From a virus (lineage: Duplodnaviria; Caudoviricetes), in IMG/VR virus record IMGVR_UViG_3300003937_000084, positions 1-52,824 of that record: DNA of 52,824 bases; one strand, written 5' to 3'. This document shows, piece by piece, positions 17,477 through 28,300 of the stretch. The stretch's first letter is position 1. Every line of letters begins with the position of its first letter. The position numbers and the translations under genes are program-made. The notes under the pieces were generated by a model. The model ran no database searches. It had not been told where the DNA came from and was given only the letters and a program-made list of their open reading frames with translations.

Positions 17477-19657
17477 TTATGCTTCCAATGCAGTAAAAAC
17501 TACTTTAAAAGTTGTCTCTGATGAGAATGTTGGATGACCAATTAATCTAAGTGCTCCACCACTAATATCAGATGAGAATGTAGCAACTCCAATTGGTTGA
17601 TTTATTATGCCATACTCAGCCTGATATGTATTAGTTCCATCGTGAATAATATTAATAGTTGACATATTATAATTACTTCCTCTTGTAACCTGAACCTGAT
17701 AGTTTGCAGATCTATATGTAGATGCACTTATAGACATAACCACAGCAGCACTGGTACTGGTTGTAGTAAGAATACCTGATTGTATATCTCCAGCAATTAA
17801 TTCAAGATTAGTAGCCGATACTGGTGCAAATGTAAACTCTTGAGCAGAAGCATCATACCTTAAAAATCTACCATCACCAACATTACTAGCATCAACATCA
17901 GTTAAATCTACAAGTTTGCTTTGTCCACTAATTGATGTGCTTGCAATACCAACCCATTTCGCTCCATTGTAAATGAGTAATTGATTAGTTCCTGTGGTTT
18001 GGTCAAAGGTAACATCATCCAGATCCTTGATGAATCCAGCACCGCCACCGCCAATGGTAGCAATTTGTTGCTGAATTCGGTTTATGAATAGTTTATAGTG
18101 ATTTTGTAATTGATCAATAGTTACAAAATTTTGATCCAGAGGAGTTAATGGATCTGCAGAATTTTTTGTTGATGCATCTCCTGGCAGAGTTGGATTATCC
18201 TCTTTTAATAATGCTTTCTCATTAAACTCTGTGAGAATTTTTTCAATATAAACTACTTTTTCTGATAAAGATTTATTCTTTTCCTCAATAGAATTAATTT
18301 GAAGTCTCTCTATAACATCTTTTACTTCTTCTTTAATACTCTCAATATTTTCATTTTGTTTTTTAATATGCTTCTCATTAACAACTAAATTAAGTTCCAA
18401 GTCCTTAATTTGATTGGACATATTTTCTTCAAATTCCCCTACTTCATTTTTGAGAATGTCATAGTATTTTGTTGTACTAATGTCTAGAACATTTTGCAGT
18501 TCTCTTACATCTTCTGCGATAGTTTCTTCAAAGAACGAAAATTTCTTAGAGAACTTATCAAGTTCTCCAGAGTATTCCTCTAATTTTTTGTTTTCATGAA
18601 TTTCTCTATTTTTAAAATCTTTGTAGAGAGAAGTATATACATTAGATATCTCTCCTATTTTTTGTTTAGAATCATCAATAGTAGATTGCAATTCCTGAAC
18701 CTTCGATTCAACTAATGAATCAATATCAGAGGTTTTTTCTGTAACGTCATTGGACAGAAGTTCAATTTTTTCTTTGATAAACTCAACTTCTTCTAATACA
18801 TTTTTTTCTAATTGCTTTACTTCCTTTTCGGATTTAAGTTTAGTTTCTACTAATAGATTGCTATACTTTGGAATTTCATTTTCGGTGAATTCTTTCACCA
18901 TTAAGTTTAATTTATTAATCGCCTCATCGTAAGCAGAAACTCTCTGCTCAGTCTTTAGTTCAGTTTCTGCAAAAAGTTTTTTGTACTTTGGAAACTCTTC
19001 ATTAACAAGATTACTTACAGTCTCATTGACATCTTTTGTTGTCCGCTTTAAGTCTTTCTTTAAGTCTGATACTATATTTTTATTAACTGTCTTAACATCT
19101 GCTAAGGCACTGTTTACTTCTCTATTGACATCTTCTCTAATACCATCAAGGTCTTCTTCTACTAGACCCTTAAAATTTGAAAATCTAGTATCAAATCTAA
19201 TTTCGGATTCTGATACTAATTTCTTATAACTTGGAATATCAACATCTACAAAATTTTCTACAGTCTGGGAAAGGTTTGTAAAATCTTCCTTTATTTTATC
19301 AATGGTGTCACCATTAACACTCTTTATTCTTCCTTCAATTTTTTTGATGGATTCTTCAACAAAAAGAAGATGAGCAACCATTGCTTCATCTAGATCATCT
19401 TTATTGATCAGTCCTCTAATATCTTCTTTTACTTCTGATATTTCTTTGGAAATACTTTCAACTCGATCAACATTTTCCTTAAAGTTCTCAACCGTAAGCG
19501 AAAAGTCTGATATAGATTGTATATGATTTAAGTTAGTTTTAAAAGCACTAAAGGCCTCAGATACTGTTTCAATTTTTTCCAAAGAAACATTATCCTTGAT
19601 CTTGTCAAAGTCGTTCTTATTCTTACCAAAAAAATCTGCAGGCTTCTTTAATGCCAC
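17477..19657 (-). CDS. Long coiled-coil protein with C-terminal fibre-type beta domain (probable virion fibre/whisker)
   Basis: About 480 aa E/K-rich heptad region, GGGGAG hinge, two L.DL.DV repeats, C-terminal YRSANY.VQV...INIIHDG....EYG domain. Confidence 0.7.
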   Translation of the reverse strand: MALKKPADFFGKNKNDFDKIKDNVSLEKIETVSEAFSAFKTNLNHIQSISDFSLTVENFKENVDRVESISKEISEVKEDIRGLINKDDLDEAMVAHLLFVEESIKKIEGRIKSVNGDTIDKIKEDFTNLSQTVENFVDVDIPSYKKLVSESEIRFDTRFSNFKGLVEEDLDGIREDVNREVNSALADVKTVNKNIVSDLKKDLKRTTKDVNETVSNLVNEEFPKYKKLFAETELKTEQRVSAYDEAINKLNLMVKEFTENEIPKYSNLLVETKLKSEKEVKQLEKNVLEEVEFIKEKIELLSNDVTEKTSDIDSLVESKVQELQSTIDDSKQKIGEISNVYTSLYKDFKNREIHENKKLEEYSGELDKFSKKFSFFEETIAEDVRELQNVLDISTTKYYDILKNEVGEFEENMSNQIKDLELNLVVNEKHIKKQNENIESIKEEVKDVIERLQINSIEEKNKSLSEKVVYIEKILTEFNEKALLKEDNPTLPGDASTKNSADPLTPLDQNFVTIDQLQNHYKLFINRIQQQIATIGGGGAGFIKDLDDVTFDQTTGTNQLLIYNGAKWVGIASTSISGQSKLVDLTDVDASNVGDGRFLRYDASAQEFTFAPVSATNLELIAGDIQSGILTTTSTSAAVVMSISASTYRSANYQVQVTRGSNYNMSTINIIHDGTNTYQAEYGIINQPIGVATFSSDISGGALRLIGHPTFSSETTFKVVFTALEA

Positions 19658-19679
19658 GTTTAATATAACTCCGTCTCTA

Positions 19680-20102
19680 TTATTTATTCTCTTCTTTTGC
19701 CCCCTGTTTTAACATCTTCGCAAGTTCTGCAGTAGATCCAACGAAGAGTGCATTATTAACAGTAGAAGGCCCGCGAGATTGTTTTTCTTCTTCAACATCC
19801 TTCAGTTTTTTCTGAAGATCCATTAACTTATCTGTGGCATCAGCAACGTTTTTAATTAATTGACCTGCAACTTCATATGCTCTAGGCATTTCACTTTCTT
19901 GTGCAAGTTCTAAAATACCATTGATTGCTTCTTGTCCCTTTTCAATTATACTGTAAAGATTACCCCGTGTATAATTATAGTCTTTTTTAATATCATCTGA
20001 AGTTTCTTTCACTTTTTCAATTTTAGCACTAACAACTTCAGATTGCACAATGTCTCCTTTAACATTGAATTCATCATTTAAAGTATCAAATTTGCTTGTC
20101 AT
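19680..20102 (-). CDS. gp16: Terminase small subunit gp16
   Basis: DY.YTR.NLY..IEKG.EA..G...LA.ES..PRAYEV, NNALFVGSTAEL.K motifs; downstream of gp15. Confidence 0.92.
   Translation of the reverse strand: MTSKFDTLNDEFNVKGDIVQSEVVSAKIEKVKETSDDIKKDYNYTRGNLYSIIEKGQEAINGILELAQESEMPRAYEVAGQLIKNVADATDKLMDLQKKLKDVEEEKQSRGPSTVNNALFVGSTAELAKMLKQGAKEENK
19681..19688 (-). promoter_or_regulatory. T4-type late promoter
   Basis: AATAAATA overlapping the gp16 stop, upstream of the 726-aa ORF. Confidence 0.5.
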
Positions 20103-21100
20103 GTTATTGTTCCACTAAATCCAAAATCATCACCCTCTTCAATTAATGCATTATCAGCAGCATTGATAACATGTATTTCTGCCCCTCTAAGATGTTCAGT
20201 TGCAGTTGTCTTATCTTGTGCTCGCAAGACAGTGAGTTTATTGCCAGTGATTGATTTAATGAATAGTTCTTCATCATCAATAGCAATATAGGATTTGGCA
20301 GTCAGACCACTTATACTCTCAACTTCAATTATTTTATTAGTTTTGGTAATATCCACAGATACGGTAGTGGCAGCATCCCCAGTATAACTTTTAATTGCCC
20401 TTGGAACAGAAGAGTAACTGAGTTCTCTTGTTGCATTCGATACATCAGTTCCAGTAAGATAACTGACGGTAGATCTCTTGATAATATCCTTGGTTGCAGA
20501 GGTAGCGGGACCAAACAGATATGTTTTTGCAGTAAATCTTAAGGTATAAAGAAGAACTCTTCTTGTTGTAAAATCTCCATCATAATCATCTTGCATGGTG
20601 ATATTCTCAAGAATTACTGGAATATCACGTTTCTCCTGTATTGAATCAACTAATTCAACGGTTAAATTATATGCTGGTTGAAAGTATGGTAAAATTTGTT
20701 CCACAATTTGTAGAGCATCATCATTTAGTTTTGTCATAATACTCAGTTCAAATTGCATATTATATGGAACTGGCATATATATTTTTTTAGACTCAGATCC
20801 ATCATCTGGGTCTTTTACTGTATATTGTTGTGTTGTTGTTACTTTTCTTGCTGAATCATAGGTCATTCCAGTAAACTCAAATGCCATCCTTGGTAATGTA
20901 ATTGCAGTCGCTTTATTGAGATCTGACTGCTGTTCAATTCTTGCAAGAAACTTTTGAGTTGGTCCATACGACAAAGGAACCCTGATAGTGTTGATCACAT
21001 TATCGGAGGAATTAGTTTGTTTGATGGTTAATGAATTAAAAAGAGTACCGAAAGATACAATGGTTCTCCTCAAAATTTCGTTATAAAAATATTCAAACAT
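20099..21100 (-). CDS. gp15: Tail sheath stabiliser / tail terminator gp15
   Basis: YFYNEILRR...FGTLF, VPLSYGP.QKFLAR, LPRM.FE, PVPYN..FEL, QIVEQILPYFQP. Confidence 0.95.
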   Translation of the reverse strand: MFEYFYNEILRRTIVSFGTLFNSLTIKQTNSSDNVINTIRVPLSYGPTQKFLARIEQQSDLNKATAITLPRMAFEFTGMTYDSARKVTTTQQYTVKDPDDGSESKKIYMPVPYNMQFELSIMTKLNDDALQIVEQILPYFQPAYNLTVELVDSIQEKRDIPVILENITMQDDYDGDFTTRRVLLYTLRFTAKTYLFGPATSATKDIIKRSTVSYLTGTDVSNATRELSYSSVPRAIKSYTGDAATTVSVDITKTNKIIEVESISGLTAKSYIAIDDEELFIKSITGNKLTVLRAQDKTTATEHLRGAEIHVINAADNALIEEGDDFGFSGTIT

Positions 21101-21140
21101 TGTTTGTCCTTATGGAATTACGATATACTAAGAGTGATAT

Positions 21141-21148
21141 TATTTATG
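21141..21148 (-). promoter_or_regulatory. T4-type late promoter upstream of gp15
   Basis: CATAAATA overlapping the gp14 stop. Confidence 0.5.
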
Positions 21149-23702
21149 GCATTCCAAATGGGTTTTGCTCACTAAAGTCTATAATAGAATCTGCTTCAAT
21201 TTCTATATTAATATTATCTGCAAAACCATCGTCAGTTGGATTGATATTAAGACTTCTAAGTTCGTGTGAAGCACCTGACGTAGATCCTGTAATAGTTTCT
21301 CCTGGAATAAATTCTCCCGTTACAGACGCAACTTCAAGGACACTATCATCAGAATTCCAAACTCTAACTGTTGCAGTAGAAGCACTTACTGATCCAGTAA
21401 CAGTTTCATTAAACACAAAGTTTCCAGACCCAGATCCTTCAGCAGCTGAAATAGTTATTTCTGGTTCGATTATATATCCATAACCAGCATCAAGAATATT
21501 TACATTTGATATAGTTCCAGCGGTGCTTACTGTTGCAATTCCCGTAGCAGTAGTAATACCAGAAATCTGCTCAATATAATTTTTCTCAGATACTTCGTTA
21601 GAAATAGTTATCGTGGGAGCTGACAAATATCCACCACCACCAAAAGTAACTGCGATTCCAGTTACAATACCGCAGTTTTCTCTACCAAATTCAAATACAG
21701 AGGTTGCAATGCCAACATTTGTGGCAGACTCTGACATAGTTAGAGAATTAGATCCAATGGATTGTACAAAGATATCTGCAGGTATGAAGTTGTATGGTTT
21801 GTTATATCCAACACTCATTCTCACTCTATCTCCTACAACAATATTAGTTGTAGTAATTCCAGTGATAACACTAGATCCTATACCAACTGTTCCTCCAGTC
21901 TTGACTGATGTAGATCTAATCGTTGCAATTCCAAGTGCTCTAAATTGCTCATCAGCACCTCCAGATCCTGCTATAGTGACTGTTGGAGTAGTTAAGTATC
22001 CAAATCCACTATTACCTATGCTAATAGTGTTAACAGTGCCTGCAACAGATACTGTTACTGTAGCAGTTGCTTGTACTGGAGATGGATTTCCCGAGAAAGA
22101 AATACTAGGTGCTACTGTATATCCAAGACCAATAGTTGCTCCAGTACCAACACACCATGGATCGGTAGTGCTATTAAATCCAACTGATGTAATAATACCG
22201 GTTATTGGATGAATCGTTGCAATACCAACGGCAACTTGAGTCGGGGCATCCATGACTCCAGACGTGGAGATTGCAACCGTAGGTGCAGTTGTATATGCTC
22301 TACCAGTAGTACTAAATGCAACAGAACTTGGATTTACAGAAGAACCAGCAATACCTATTGTTGCAGATGCAAAACTAAATCCTGGATGAGCAATGAATAC
22401 TGATGGAGCACTTGTATAGAATTTACCTCCAGTAGTAATTGCAAGAGTTTCTACTGTACCTCCAGTTTGTGATAATTGATCTAAAGTTGCAGTTGCTTGT
22501 GCAGCGTTTCCTGTTCCTGTAGGTAGTGAAAACACAACCAAAGGTGCTGTTTTGTAGAATACTCCACCAGTTGTTCCTCCTGGAAACAGAAATTCTGATG
22601 CACCAATACTTACAGTTGCAGAAACAACACTAACACCACCACCAACTACAGGAGAATCTAGGGTTGCTGTTGCATTTGCACCGACATGTTTTGGTCCAGA
22701 TAATGTAACTGTTGGTGCAGTTGTATAACCAGATCCTCCTGAAGTTAGTGTAACTATTCCAACACCACCTGTTGTGGAAATACCTACTGTTGCACCAGCA
22801 CCAGCACCACTATTTGAAATAAATCTAACACCTGGTGGGCTTGTATATCCACTACCAGAATTTAAAATTTGAACTTGTTGAACTGATCTTGCTCCTGGAT
22901 TAGCACTTTGATTGCAGACATTAATTCCTCCAATCATAATAGCAGTTGCGATACCAGTAACTCCATTTGTTGGAGCAGACGATATTGCTACTCTTGGTGG
23001 GGAAAGGTATCCACCACCTCTATTGGTCAATCTAATAAATCTAATAGCACCATTTAAAATACCAGCAGTTCCAGTTGCAGTTGAGGCTGCTCCAACCAAA
23101 GTAAGTCTTTGGGTAGATCCAATAATTGTGGATATTCCATCTTCATTTAATCCATCAGATTCTCCACCAGTTAAAATATCATCAATATCTTCTATACCAG
23201 TATCAATGACTTCATCACCATACCTAAAGAGTTCACATCTCAACTCATAAACATAATTTTTTTGTAGTTGATAAAATGGTTTTTCGTGCTCAACAAATTT
23301 AATTTCAAATAAACGATCCCCTAGAGGAAAATAAATTAAGTCTCCTTCTTTTGGTCTCGTGGATAATTTTACATTTTCCTCATTCTTTATTAAAGGAGAA
23401 ATATAATTCTCAAATCTCTCCTTTGAAATAACTAAATTTAATTCCTGCTCTTGTTGGATACCAAATTTTGATAGTATTGTAGTATTGTCATTATATCCTT
23501 CAAAATTGTCTATATACGCTTCTATTGGATATGCGTCATCAAATCTAGATTGTATTACTTCTCTGATAATTGTATTTTCAGTTAAATATTTTCTTGGAAG
23601 ATAATGTACTTCTACACCATACATCCTCAACTGTTCATTGATAAGATCTTGAATTAAATTTTGCTCAGATCTGGCCCCTTGTTGGAAATATGGATTAAGC
23701 AT
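21144..23702 (-). CDS. gp14: Neck protein gp14 with large repeat insertion
   Basis: N-term LNPYF...EQNL..DL..E.L.MYG, RPKEGDLIYFPL...LFEI.FVEHE.PFYQL; C-term IDFSE.NPFG; Gly/Thr-rich middle. Confidence 0.92.
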   Translation of the reverse strand: MLNPYFQQGARSEQNLIQDLINEQLRMYGVEVHYLPRKYLTENTIIREVIQSRFDDAYPIEAYIDNFEGYNDNTTILSKFGIQQEQELNLVISKERFENYISPLIKNEENVKLSTRPKEGDLIYFPLGDRLFEIKFVEHEKPFYQLQKNYVYELRCELFRYGDEVIDTGIEDIDDILTGGESDGLNEDGISTIIGSTQRLTLVGAASTATGTAGILNGAIRFIRLTNRGGGYLSPPRVAISSAPTNGVTGIATAIMIGGINVCNQSANPGARSVQQVQILNSGSGYTSPPGVRFISNSGAGAGATVGISTTGGVGIVTLTSGGSGYTTAPTVTLSGPKHVGANATATLDSPVVGGGVSVVSATVSIGASEFLFPGGTTGGVFYKTAPLVVFSLPTGTGNAAQATATLDQLSQTGGTVETLAITTGGKFYTSAPSVFIAHPGFSFASATIGIAGSSVNPSSVAFSTTGRAYTTAPTVAISTSGVMDAPTQVAVGIATIHPITGIITSVGFNSTTDPWCVGTGATIGLGYTVAPSISFSGNPSPVQATATVTVSVAGTVNTISIGNSGFGYLTTPTVTIAGSGGADEQFRALGIATIRSTSVKTGGTVGIGSSVITGITTTNIVVGDRVRMSVGYNKPYNFIPADIFVQSIGSNSLTMSESATNVGIATSVFEFGRENCGIVTGIAVTFGGGGYLSAPTITISNEVSEKNYIEQISGITTATGIATVSTAGTISNVNILDAGYGYIIEPEITISAAEGSGSGNFVFNETVTGSVSASTATVRVWNSDDSVLEVASVTGEFIPGETITGSTSGASHELRSLNINPTDDGFADNINIEIEADSIIDFSEQNPFGMP

Positions 23703-23706
23703 ATGA

Positions 23707-24552
23707 TTAACCGATCATGTCCAATGGTGGAAGTTCATAAGTGTTGGACATAACCTCTCTGATTGCATCTAACTCCTTTTGAGCATCATCATATATTTGT
23801 CTACCATTTAATTCTATACCACCTGGAAGTTTTACTCCTTGGAACTTCAGGAGGTTTTGTCCCCACTGTCTTTTGATAAGTTGAGTTACATATCTCTTAA
23901 GAAATGAGTCATTCCAAACTCTACTAAAATTATTTGGGTCTAAAAGTCTATAACAATCAAGGATAAGATAATCATCTTTAGATACTTCTCCCCAATCAAC
24001 ATCTAAGTAAAGTCTATCCTGTCTTTGATTAAATCTTATCTGCTTCTCTGTATTTAATGCAAAGTCCATATCTTCAAGATATCTTTTTGTCATTGCATAT
24101 GATAATATTTCAGTAGAACTAAAATTATAAATGTCATTCAAGAACATTTGATATTTTACACTGAACATATTATTAGTCACTGTTTGTGACCCGTCATATC
24201 TAAATATTTTGTTTATTCCAATAACTTGTGGAGGAACTTGTACATAATTACTATTTTCCTCAAAAGAAAAAGTTACAGATGAACCATCTATAGTTGAAGA
24301 TGCGGTTGTAGTAACTAGTCCTACAGGATTACTCCCTCCTCTTCCTCGTCCTCTATCAACATCTCCTTGCGTAATTTTATACTTTAAATATGTTTGAACA
24401 ACACCATCAAAATGTCTTTCATGAAAGTATTGCAAAGCATCATCTATTAGATCATCAATTTGCTCATCAGCAACGTTGATTTCTAAAACTGGTGCTCCCA
24501 GTTGCCTTTTACAGTAATTTATTAGGTCCGACCTACTTGCTGGTTGAGCCAT
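23707..24552 (-). CDS. gp13: Neck protein gp13
   Basis: YC.R.LGAPVLEINV..EQ..D...DALQYF.E.HFDG, WND.FLK.Y....K.QWG.NL.KF.G..LPGG. Confidence 0.96.
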   Translation of the reverse strand: MAQPASRSDLINYCKRQLGAPVLEINVADEQIDDLIDDALQYFHERHFDGVVQTYLKYKITQGDVDRGRGRGGSNPVGLVTTTASSTIDGSSVTFSFEENSNYVQVPPQVIGINKIFRYDGSQTVTNNMFSVKYQMFLNDIYNFSSTEILSYAMTKRYLEDMDFALNTEKQIRFNQRQDRLYLDVDWGEVSKDDYLILDCYRLLDPNNFSRVWNDSFLKRYVTQLIKRQWGQNLLKFQGVKLPGGIELNGRQIYDDAQKELDAIREVMSNTYELPPLDMIG

Positions 24553-24574
24553 ATACGCAATAATTCCTTAATTG

Positions 24575-24581
24575 TATTTAG
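24575..24581 (-). promoter_or_regulatory. Variant late promoter upstream of gp13
   Basis: CTAAATA on minus strand about 23 nt before the gp13 ATG; the same variant lies upstream of gp19 (10147-10153). Confidence 0.45.
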
Positions 24582-24583
24582 GT

Positions 24584-24964
24584 TTAAGAAGAAATAGTAT
24601 TATAGACATTTGCATTTCCCCGAACCAAAGGATAAGTTGATGACCCAACAGTTACCAAAACATCATAAACATATCTACCTTCAGTTAAATTACTGGTTTG
24701 AGTATCTGTTAATGAAAGTTTCATAACTCCACCATATGCACTAGTTATTCCAACTGAGAATGAAACTGTAGATCCAAGAGTAGCACCAATAGCAACACTT
24801 TTTGCTAAAGCACTTGCACCAGAATATCCTGTTAAATTAAAAGCAGTATTTGAGGTTGTCTTTATATTAAAAATTGTTGAAAAATCTGTTCCACCATAAA
24901 TGCTTAGATTTGCACCATATGGAACTCCAGAATCAGGATCAAAAGTTATGTTCTTAGATGCCAT
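24584..24964 (-). CDS. Small virion protein (BppU N-terminal/Ig-like type)
   Basis: NL.I..GTDF...F, LTGYS, G...LSLT..QT..L..GRYVYDV pattern; inside the structural operon. Confidence 0.7.
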   Translation of the reverse strand: MASKNITFDPDSGVPYGANLSIYGGTDFSTIFNIKTTSNTAFNLTGYSGASALAKSVAIGATLGSTVSFSVGITSAYGGVMKLSLTDTQTSNLTEGRYVYDVLVTVGSSTYPLVRGNANVYNTISS

Positions 24965-25136
24965 TTGGTATACCTATTGCATGCATAGTTTCCTGTTGTT
25001 TATAGTAAAGTTTACAGAAACACTTAGCAATATTTCTAAGTTCTTCTCTATCATCACAACTATCTATTTGACTAGATAATTTTGCATATTCAAAACTCTT
25101 AGTTAAATTATCTAAACTTATATCATTTGGATCCAT
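24954..25136 (-). CDS. Small helical protein, possibly NblA-like
   Basis: 60 aa, predicted helix-turn-helix; overlaps neighbours on both sides; resemblance to NblA judged by eye only. Confidence 0.65.
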   Translation of the reverse strand: MDPNDISLDNLTKSFEYAKLSSQIDSCDDREELRNIAKCFCKLYYKQQETMHAIGIPNGI

Positions 25137-25344
25137 TTATCAACTCCTTTAATAGTAACTTGATTTCTGTAATGTCATCTTTAAGGTTAGCAACTTCTTC
25201 CTCAATAGTCTGTACCTTTTGATGCTCTTTATTTTTCACTTTACGTCTCTCAACGTATTTTTCATGATCTAAAGAGTTTAGATTCAATATGGCACCTGTA
25301 TGTGGATCCCTTACGAGATCCACATAATCTTTTACTTTATGCAT
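25123..25344 (-). CDS. Hypothetical protein with C-terminal coiled coil
   Basis: 73 aa, LVRDP.TGAI.N then heptads EVANLKDDITEIKLLL; coupled to the upstream gene. Confidence 0.75.
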   Translation of the reverse strand: MHKVKDYVDLVRDPHTGAILNLNSLDHEKYVERRKVKNKEHQKVQTIEEEVANLKDDITEIKLLLKELINGSK

Positions 25345-28300
25345 TATGCTAGGGCAATAACTCTTAGGTTTCGGGCTCTTGGTACATATGTTTGATTTGT
25401 ACCCGTCAACAGAATTTTAATTCTGTAGACTTTAAATGACGGCAATTCGTCAATGCTAAAAGTATGTTCTTTAAATTCGATAGAACTACTATCAAAACCA
25501 TATGTAGGAGTTTTAGATACAAATGAATCCGATTCGCCGTTATTGTTTGCAATATCAATAATTTGACCTTTAGAATCAAGGTTCTTATATCCGGGGAAAG
25601 GAATAAAGATTGGATCAAATCCGTCTTTATTACTGATAGCATATAATACTCTAGCATCACAGAAATCATTAACGTGAGCATCAAAGATAACTTTTAAAGA
25701 AGTTGCTGCATTTTCCAGTCTAATTTCTTTAGAAATATACTGACAAGCAGTTGGATCTGTCAAAATTCCTTTAACTCTAGAATCATTTGCAATATCCGTA
25801 ATTTGACTATCAATTCTGTTAGAAGTGAGAATAGTACTAACTCTTTGACCATCAATTACTGGAGAAATATGGGAATCTGTAGTTACCATATTAACTCTCA
25901 TTTGCATAGATTTAGCACCTTCAATGTTTGTTAACTTAGCATCTTCATTAACCTTAGAACAAATTAATCTTGTACTGCTAAGATAATTTGGCGTATTTGG
26001 AACAATTGGTTCAAACCCAGCATCAAGATAAGCAATCTCGTTGCCACTTAAACTTTGACCAGTTACTGTTCTAACTTCCGCGCTAATAGAAGTTCCTCTT
26101 GTAGTAACATTTTGAATGATTGGAGTGATAATTTCAAATGGCATGTTTTGAGTTGCCTTAACGTTTTGTCCTCCAGTAGATCCAGTAATTCCCATATAAA
26201 GTTTAGGGAATCCAAGTGCATCTTCACTTCTATCATCATTATCAACGTTAAATTTCTCAGACATATCAAGTTTGATGTTATAGGAATCGAAGGTAATCGA
26301 ACTTCCTATAGAAACGTCGCTTAAGGTATGAGTTTTATTAACTCTATGGAGGCAAACTCCACCAAGTTCATATTTGTAAACAGGAGTTCCGGTTGAGTAA
26401 GTAATAGGATTACTTCCTCTAGAAATACTTCCACCAATAGTGTTTCCATCTACACTACTGTATTCTATGACTTCTTCTCCAATCAAGAGGTATCCTCTAT
26501 TCGTAGATCCAACACTGACATTTTCAAAGTTAGAGAATGCTGTTGCACTTTCAACAGAAAGACCTGATGTAGAATTGGAAGAATATGCACTAGTCAATTT
26601 GGTTGGTTTAACATCTGGAAGAACTCCAGAAATAATTACTCTATTATCTGTAAAGTACATTCCATGATTTTGATGGTTAACCTTAATGTGAAGTCCATCA
26701 GTAACTTCATTGATTGAAGCAATTTGAACATTTCCACCAGGTGCAGCGGGTAAATTGTTATTCAAAGTTTGAGCAACACCCACACTATTAAAGTAATTCA
26801 ACTGTGGACCACCAACAGTAAAATCTCCCTGAACATTATCTAGAATCAGTTCACTAGTTTTACCAATTCCAGAAACAGTAAGTCTTACATTTTTACCAAC
26901 AGATCCAGCACCAATAGTATTAATTCCGACAACATCACCAGTTTGATATCCATTACCACCAGATCCAGTGATGGTTGCGGAAGTAACTTGTCCATTGGTA
27001 ACAGCAACAGTTGCTTGAGCACCTCTACCACTTCCTGACAATGTTACTAGATTGACTCCAGTAAATGTATGAGATCCATCAGTTGGTGTTAAACCAATAC
27101 CTGCATTAGAGATTGCCAATGCTGTTCTTGGAATAGTTCCAGCAACACCAATTAAAGTACCTGTAGCATTTGTTTTGTTAACATGACTTGCTCCCTGGAA
27201 GAAAGTATTACCAAGTTGATATCCAGAATCTTGTACAGTAGTTCCAAGTCCAACTCTAATAGTTCTGGAAGAAACTTCAAGACAATCAGGTTGAAGAACA
27301 GGTATTTGTCTGTTACCTTCAGTTAACTTTGGACTATAGAAATCAATAGTACCAGACTCAAGGAAATCTGCCCTATACATAACAAATTTAAGATCTTCCC
27401 ACTGACTTGCTTCCCATGTAGAAGCATTCTGAGATTTGAATAGTGATCCTAGATATGGTTGGTTTGAGATAAACGCATCACTTAGAAGATCATTCTCACC
27501 AATTCTAGAAATATAAACACTATACTTGGTAGAGTTTGACGCTAAAGCAATTGCATACTCTGATCCTCCTTCCAAGAACACAGGAGCTTTAAATTCAATT
27601 GTTGTTGCCACTGATCCATCAGGCGAAATTTCAATATCTGCAGGATCAAGAACAATCTCAGAGAATGGAAGAATTTTCTGTGTTGGGAAACCATTTTGCA
27701 TGGTTCTAAGTTGGAAGACACATGGAATATCCATATCATCTTTTGTTCTAAAGTAAATATCGCACTTAGTGACAAATACTCCAGATTCTTCCTCAACTAA
27801 GAATGATTGTGCAAGTGGGTCATACCAACCAACTGTATTCTCTGTGCTTGTCTGACCTACAACCTGAGATCCAACAACCTGAGTTCCAAGATTCGTATTT
27901 ACATTTCTTTCTTGGAATTCTTGTCTTCTTTCAATTCTAGCATTTCTAACTGAGATGATATTTTCCTGAACTGTTTCAAGTGTTCCCGAGGCAGCAAATG
28001 CTTCTTCGGCAATTGTTGTTGCAACATCTGGATCATTATCCTCATCATTAGTAAGAGTGAAAGTTTTAGTTCCTGTTTCAAATCTTGGGTGATTGACTGA
28101 GTTGGGGTTTGGAATGAAGAAACTACCTATTAGATTTGCAGAAAGATCTGATACAAGTCTATGTCCTGTTATGACTGCTTCTGCGCCACTTGTGGTGCCT
28201 TTTAGAATCATTTCCTCAGCAATACGACCAGAATATTCACCTTGAGCTTCATTTGATAATGAGAATGTATCAACATTCAAGATCGTTGATGTTGCAGAAT

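Noticed and set aside
21613-22212. + strand 199-aa ORF and the many other + strand ORFs opposite gp14, gp7, gp18 and the 2525-aa gene
   Set aside because: Antisense frames kept open by Gly/Thr/Val codon bias; no RBS, promoter or recognisable motifs
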